Shown in pieces: positions 58,029 to 64,000 of a DNA stretch of 64,000 nucleotides. This stretch comes from Octopus vulgaris (taxonomy: Eukaryota), in the NCBI GenBank assembly GCA_951406725.2, contig OX597824.1, positions 12,524,001-12,588,000 of the forward strand, read 5' to 3'. Below the pieces are notes generated by a model. It did no database searches, had not been told where the DNA came from, and was given only the letters and a program-made list of their open reading frames with translations. Numbering within the stretch: the stretch's first letter is position 1; the number at the start of each line of letters is the position of its first letter. The position numbers and the translations under genes are program-made.

Positions 58029-61000
58029 CTACTACTACTACTACTACTACTACTACAACCTCCACCACCACCACCACCACCACCACCACCACCACCACCA
58101 CCACCACCAAATCAGGCCTTCTAGCTTCTATTACTCTGTCAGTCTGAGTGTTAAAGTCCCAAAACATCTTATATTTCTTACTTTCTAGTACTTTACGAGG
58201 TTCGTGTTCCTACCATTTATCACTCATGTTCAAATCCTGGCTTTCTACATAGTTCCCAGTGGATTACTCTCCCTAGGTTGTCATGTCTTTTTTGTATTCT
58301 TCTACGCTGGCATCCTAAATTTACTTACTATACGAGTAACGCTTTCCTCTTTGGATTTGCATATCCTACTCTGGGAACCTACTTGGTTTTGTCTATCTTG
58401 GCTTTCATCCAAATTAATCCCTAATTCTTGGTTTTGTGCAGCTACTAAAAAACTTTCTGTCTCCCTCTTCAGCTTTCCTTTCTGCAGCCATAACCATGTC
58501 TCACTGCTACCATTTGCTGAAATTAGATAATTTCTGCTCTGTTTTCTGGTTTTTAAGTTCGTTTGGGTTTTTGGTTTCCCTATGTCTTGCAGCTTTTAAT
58601 AAACTTTTTCCACTATAACCTACATAGAAATATATATCTACTCTAGCTAACTCCACGTAATCTTCTACTGATATTAGCCCTCTTCCACCTTCCTTTCTAC
58701 GTAGGTGTAATGTTGCTACTCCTATCTTTGGGTGGAGTCCACCATTCATATTGAATTTCTATCCTAGTTCTTCTGTCTAACTTTGCTTATTCAGTTTTTG
58801 TCCAATTTACAAAGGCTGCTGAGTATCCAAGTAATGATACTGCCCAAGTATTTACAGCCTTCACTAGATTCAGACCAATTAGCTTTGACTTCTTTAGCTT
58901 CCTCACCCTTCTAATGTCCTCCTTCTCAATTTTCGTTTTCATTTCTATAGTTAGTACTCTGTCAGATTCTAATACTTCTAGATGCTTAGAACTCTCTCTT
59001 CCTTTCAATGATTTTAATATCTGGACATCCCGTAATTGGATGCCTTCGCCGTTGACTACCTGTCCCCTTCTCATTTATCTATGCCAAAGTCCATGCCTAT
59101 TTCATTGCTGAAGAATCTTACAGTAAGTATTAAGGAATGTATCTCTTTTTCATTCTAACTAAAATGCTTCAGATCCTCCATGTAGAGCAAATGGTTAATT
59201 TTTCCACTACTATTTCTGAACTGATACCCTGCTTTTGTCATCCTTAATACAAAACTGAGGGGTGGGGATCAAACGTAAGACAAATATTATAGAGGAACAC
59301 ATAATAGATCATGTGTTCCTCGAGGCTTCTTCCTGCAACATTTCTGTTCTTCTGGCAGTAAATTCTGGTTGTCAATGCTTTCTATATGTATTCTTGTTAA
59401 CTGTTTTCACACTAATGCTAAGCAAGTGATTGGGCAATAGTTGCTAACTGCATTGCCCTTGCTCTTTTCTTTCATGATAAGTATTTTCGTCCTTTTAGTC
59501 ATCCAATCTGATATTATTTCTCCATTAAGGTAATCCTGAAATTATTCCCTCAGCCGCCCATAAAAACTATTGAATTTCTTCAGTCAGTACCAAATCATTC
59601 TTTGACTAAGTATCTTTTCTCGAGGGAAGATTTGCATCTTGTGTTTCGTAACTTGTTTAGTTTTCAGGCTCCTCTTCTACCCAGATCTTGTTATAAAGTC
59701 TTCACTTTATTTTGTAGTCTCCTTTTCAACATTTGCACATTTTAATTTTTCTTCGTGAGATCACTGATCTTCTGTGGACTACTACCCCTCCTACATAAAC
59801 CAGTAAATTAATGTACTTCTCAAGATTTTTACTCAATGTTCCCAGGGCTCAGACAATTACTGGTATTATTACGACTTTTTTCAGTGACTACAACTGCTTA
59901 GCCTCCCAAGCTAAACAGTCATATCTGTCGATTTTTCTTTCTTCCTGACCGCATACCTGGTTGTCAGCTTTATCTTCAACAGTCCTATGAAATTGTCCTT
60001 GCATTATTGTCTTTATCAATCTATTTTCAGTGTCATTCGTTTCCAATTTCTTGTACAGTGCTTTATCTTTGCAAACTTTCATCCTACACAAGCCTGACCT
60101 CCTTACTTCGAATAAATAATAGCAGTTCTGTAACATCCCAGGCTATGTTATTTTCTTCTGCTCTAATGCTGTATTCGCATCAAATAAGTCCTCCTGCCCC
60201 TCTTTTTCTTTGTACATACAGTCTGTCTGTGTTATCTTTTGGGTGGAGTGACCCATATCTAGTTAACATCTTCCTTGTCTTTCTGTCTAGGATGTTTAGT
60301 TCGTCTACTGTCCATACTATTACCCCTGCTCCATATCTAAGGAGTGAAGCCGCCCAGGTGTTGATAGCCTCAATCTTATTCCGTCCGTTTAATTTCGACT
60401 TAAGGATCAGTCTCAGTCTGCGCAAGTATTCCACCTTAAATTTTTCTGCCATTTCTTTCTCCATCAATTTAGCCATTTCCAATATCCCAAAGAACTTATA
60501 GCCCGTCTCTTCTATTTGCTTCATAACCTCCCCTGATGGTATCGCTAGCCCGTCCATACATTTAATTTTACCTCTCTTCAAGACTAGCACACCACAATTT
60601 TCTTCTTCTTCTTCTTGTTCCTCCTCAACACAGCGTAGGTAAAAATGCACCACAACGAAATCAGACAGGTAATACTTTCCTTAAGATGTGCGCTGAGCCC
60701 AATAAGGCTGCTTTTTGCAAGACATCAATCTTGCATGCGATTTCCAGTTGCCTTCAGAAGACTTGAAGTTTCAATGGGATTGAGCCCAACGCTCCAATCA
60801 TCACTGCTGGTATCATTTTACATTATCCTCTCGCATTCCATACAGTTTGCCATTTCCACTTCAATTCGGAGTATTTGATGATTTTTTTCAACCTTTTTAC
60901 TCACATCATTCATGTATTTGGCATGGCTGCATCAATGATCTGACAGTATTTGTCTCTCTTATTCAATATGACAATATCCAGCTGACGGTGTTCGGTTACA

Positions 61001-61945
61001 CGATCCGTCTGAAAACCATAGTCCCAGAATATCATTAATTTTCCAGAGGACGTATTAGTATAGACCATTGTATAAGGAGTGAAAGGAGAAAGCTTGTCGA
61101 GTATTTGATAAATAGTGACGAAGACCAGCTGCAATATGCCGCGAAAGATATAGGTGTCTTTGCAAATGAAGTGATGGGTAAGGAAGAGTTTAACCAAAGA
61201 GATGAGGAGAAGAGAAATGAAGACCTTCTTGAAATGAGAATGTGCGGACAGTTTGAAAGGAATACACAGGGCGTTAAGGATAATACTGCATCGTGGACAT
61301 GGCTTGAGCGAGGTGGTTTGAAGCGTACCACCGGAAGCTGGATCATTCCTGCCCAAGACCAGGCTCTCGCTACCAATTCAGTGAAGTATAATATCTATAA
61401 AACTTTTGACACCCAGAAATGCAAACTCAGTGGAAAGAGTGTGGAAAATGTGAGCCCCCTGGTAAGTGGATGAGAAAGCCTTACACAAAAAGAATGCAAG
61501 CGCCGCCACGATATTTATTATCCTTAACGTCCTGTGTATTCCGTTCAAACTGTCCATGCATTTTCATTTCAAGGTTTTTTATTTTCTCGTCTTTGAATTT
61601 CAAGCAATTCATTATCTAGTTCGTTAATTTTCCCTGCATGTGCACCCACCACAGAATCAGGGTTCACTCTATAACGTTCCTGTTCCTCATCTTTAACCGC
61701 GCCCTCACCATTTCCCTGTTCCTCCTGTCTACTCTTCTCCCCGCTTTCAACTCCTACCTCTCTGTTTTCAACTCCGACCATCCTTTGTAACCCATCCTCA
61801 GAGTCTCTCAGACTCTCACTAATCCGAGATATTCCAACTCCAGTTAAGTAACCCATCCTCCTAATCTCTCTCACTTGGTTCATTAGTTTATTTGCTACTC
61901 CTATAAGGGTGGAAGCTATGCAGAAGCGATTGAGAGTGGGCACTG
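57905..61945 (-). mobile_element. Decayed RLE-LINE fragments in copy C intron 1
   Basis: Homologous to 1-3300, plus FWDFNTQTDRVIEARRPDL and HPKIGVATLHLRRKEGGRGL segments. Confidence 0.8.
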
Positions 61946-62247
61946 CTCCGGCCCATTACGTTCTGAATTCAAATTTTGATTTAAAATCGCGAAAGGAGTA
62001 AGTCGATTAAATTGACACTGGTGTTCAACTGGTAGTTATTTTATGGAACCCGAAAGAATGAAAGGAAAATCGGCCCCAACGGCTTTTGAAATCAAAGTTC
62101 AAATATTGGCGTGTCAATTGGTGCCGCAGAATGGTTGCAATCCAAGACATATGTATATCTATTTGTCTGTTTGTCTGTCTATCTGTCTGTCTGTCTACAT
62201 ACATATGAGCACATGAATACATTAATTAATGTAAATTAATGACTTAC

Positions 62248-62614
62248 CTTTGTTTCGGAATACTTTATCTAAAGCATAGACTGAACTCCTTCCATTCAGA
62301 TGTTGTCCTTTTTTTACTAGTCCTTCCAAAATCGTTTCAGTTTTACATACAAACACGTAGTTATATGGTCCAATTTTGAGTTTAAAAATATCGCCATATT
62401 GTTTTTTTAGCTCTTTCAACATTGAATAAATATCGGTAATGGAAAGAACCTGAAGTAGATTTCCAATTATTGGAAGAGCTCTAGGACCCGGTGGTAAATT
62501 GTAGTTAAATTTTGGTGGTGTCATAAACCATCGTATAATCAGTAAAATGACTAATCCAAATAACAAACTTTGGACACTAACATTCTCTGTAAAAAGTAAT
62601 GCTGAAAAATCCAT
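62248..62614 (-). CDS. CYP copy C exon 1
   Basis: ATG at 62614; donor G|GTAAGT; 367 nt. Confidence 0.93.
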
Positions 62615-64000
62615 AGTAGCGGTTATTGTTGCAATAATGTTGTCTTAAGTATAACTGATTATGTTTTTCTCAACCAAGTTTTTTTAAACAAATGCCGTTA
62701 AACTCCAGTATGTAATTTTAGACGTCTATTAAAAAGGTTATCTTTAGTTACGCATATATTATGTAATAGCTGTAAACAACCCGATAATAACCTTGAGTTA
62801 ACTAACGTTTACGTTTGCATTACTGTATTTAATTATATGTATTTAATTAGATCGCTATAAAAAGATTGTATTGTATCCAAAACAATATTTTGTAACTTAT
62901 TTGTTCTATTCGTCGATTTACAACAAAAGCTGCCTAATTTTCGAAGTAGAATCCATTGTGTTGCAGCGTCTGAAGCCACTTTTCTGTCAGTTCTTCGATC
63001 GAACGCTGATACCAGTTCTTGTCCTTCGAGGTGAAGAACTTCACTGGGGCTTCCACCTCCTCTCTGTTGATGAAGCATCGCAAGCGCAGGAAGTAGGACC
63101 ATGTATCAGACCGATAATAATCCGAGGGAGCTGATTCCAGACTATATACTGGGCGTGGCACCAGTTCGATTCCCTCAAATTCCTGGAGTTTATTCTCGGT
63201 CGTTCGAGCGGTATGAGCTCTTGCTGGCAGAAACGTTAGCACGCCGGGCGAAATGCGTAGCCGTATTTCGTCTGCCGTTACGTTCTGAGTTCAAATTCCG
63301 CCGAGGTCGACTTTGCCTTTCATCCTTTCGAGGTCGATAAATTAAGTACCAGTTATGCACTGGGGTCGATGTAATCGATTTAATTCGTTTGTCTGTCCTT
63401 GTTTGTCCCCTCTGTGTTTAGCCCCTTGTGGGTAGTAAAGAAATAGGTATGAACTCTTGCGTTGTTTTACTGCAGATAAAATCGCTTTCTGTTAACCAAT
63501 GCCAGGTATTTTTGCCGTACAATGGCATACACCTGTTCAAATTGTTCCGAGTACAGGTTGGCATCGATGGTTCGATCGTGTGGAACGAACACGCAGTGAA
63601 TTATTCCCTCATAATTACACAAAACACTTGGCCACAGTTTCCAGAAACTAGCCCTTGCTTCACTACTGCCTGTGCACGTTAGGATGGTGGGAAAATATTA
63701 TTACTTGTTCCGGTCCATGGATCACCTCCTGCGCTCGCGATGGAAGTTTCTGTGAAGGAGTTCTTTGCATTGGCGGACAAGAACTACTATCAACCTGGGA
63801 TCAAAGAAATGGCAGAAAGGTGACTCCAGACGGTGCAACACGATGGCAAAATATTGCAAAACTTTTGACTCAACACAATATTATCTCCATATTTCTCGTC
63901 TTGGAACTACACAAAAATAAAACAAGATTATTATTGCCGGAGCTATACAACAACACTCTCACTAACTTACCGGTTATTAGTAGATTTGGTAGATCTAGTA

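Overview
Eukaryotic, AT-rich, microsatellite-dense animal DNA. From recall, the SINE, LINE and Penelope repertoire resembles a coleoid cephalopod such as Octopus; this is unverified. The window is a head-to-tail tandem array of a ~28-31 kb unit seen ~2.2 times. Each unit carries one minus-strand, 8-exon clan-2 (CYP2-like) cytochrome P450 gene. Copy B (34795->11372) and copy C (62614->41227) are complete and splice by hand with GT-AG introns into 1497-nt, 498-aa ORFs. Copy A is represented only by exon 1 (3969->3603). B and C differ at about 28 amino acids, many in multi-residue clusters at predicted substrate-recognition sites. Each complete gene is followed by a diverged second copy of its last, heme-Cys exon, damaged differently in B (1-nt frameshift) and C (lost acceptor AG and poly(A) signal). 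Introns and spacers contain R4/Dong-like RLE LINEs associated with (AAT)n tracts, Penelope-like elements (one with inverted pseudo-LTR and a candidate hammerhead ribozyme), a CR1/Jockey-type RT fragment, mariner relics, tRNA-derived SINEs, a ~580-bp fully palindromic foldback element and a 1-kb A/T-tract satellite. Most short ORFs in the track are microsatellite or antisense artefacts.
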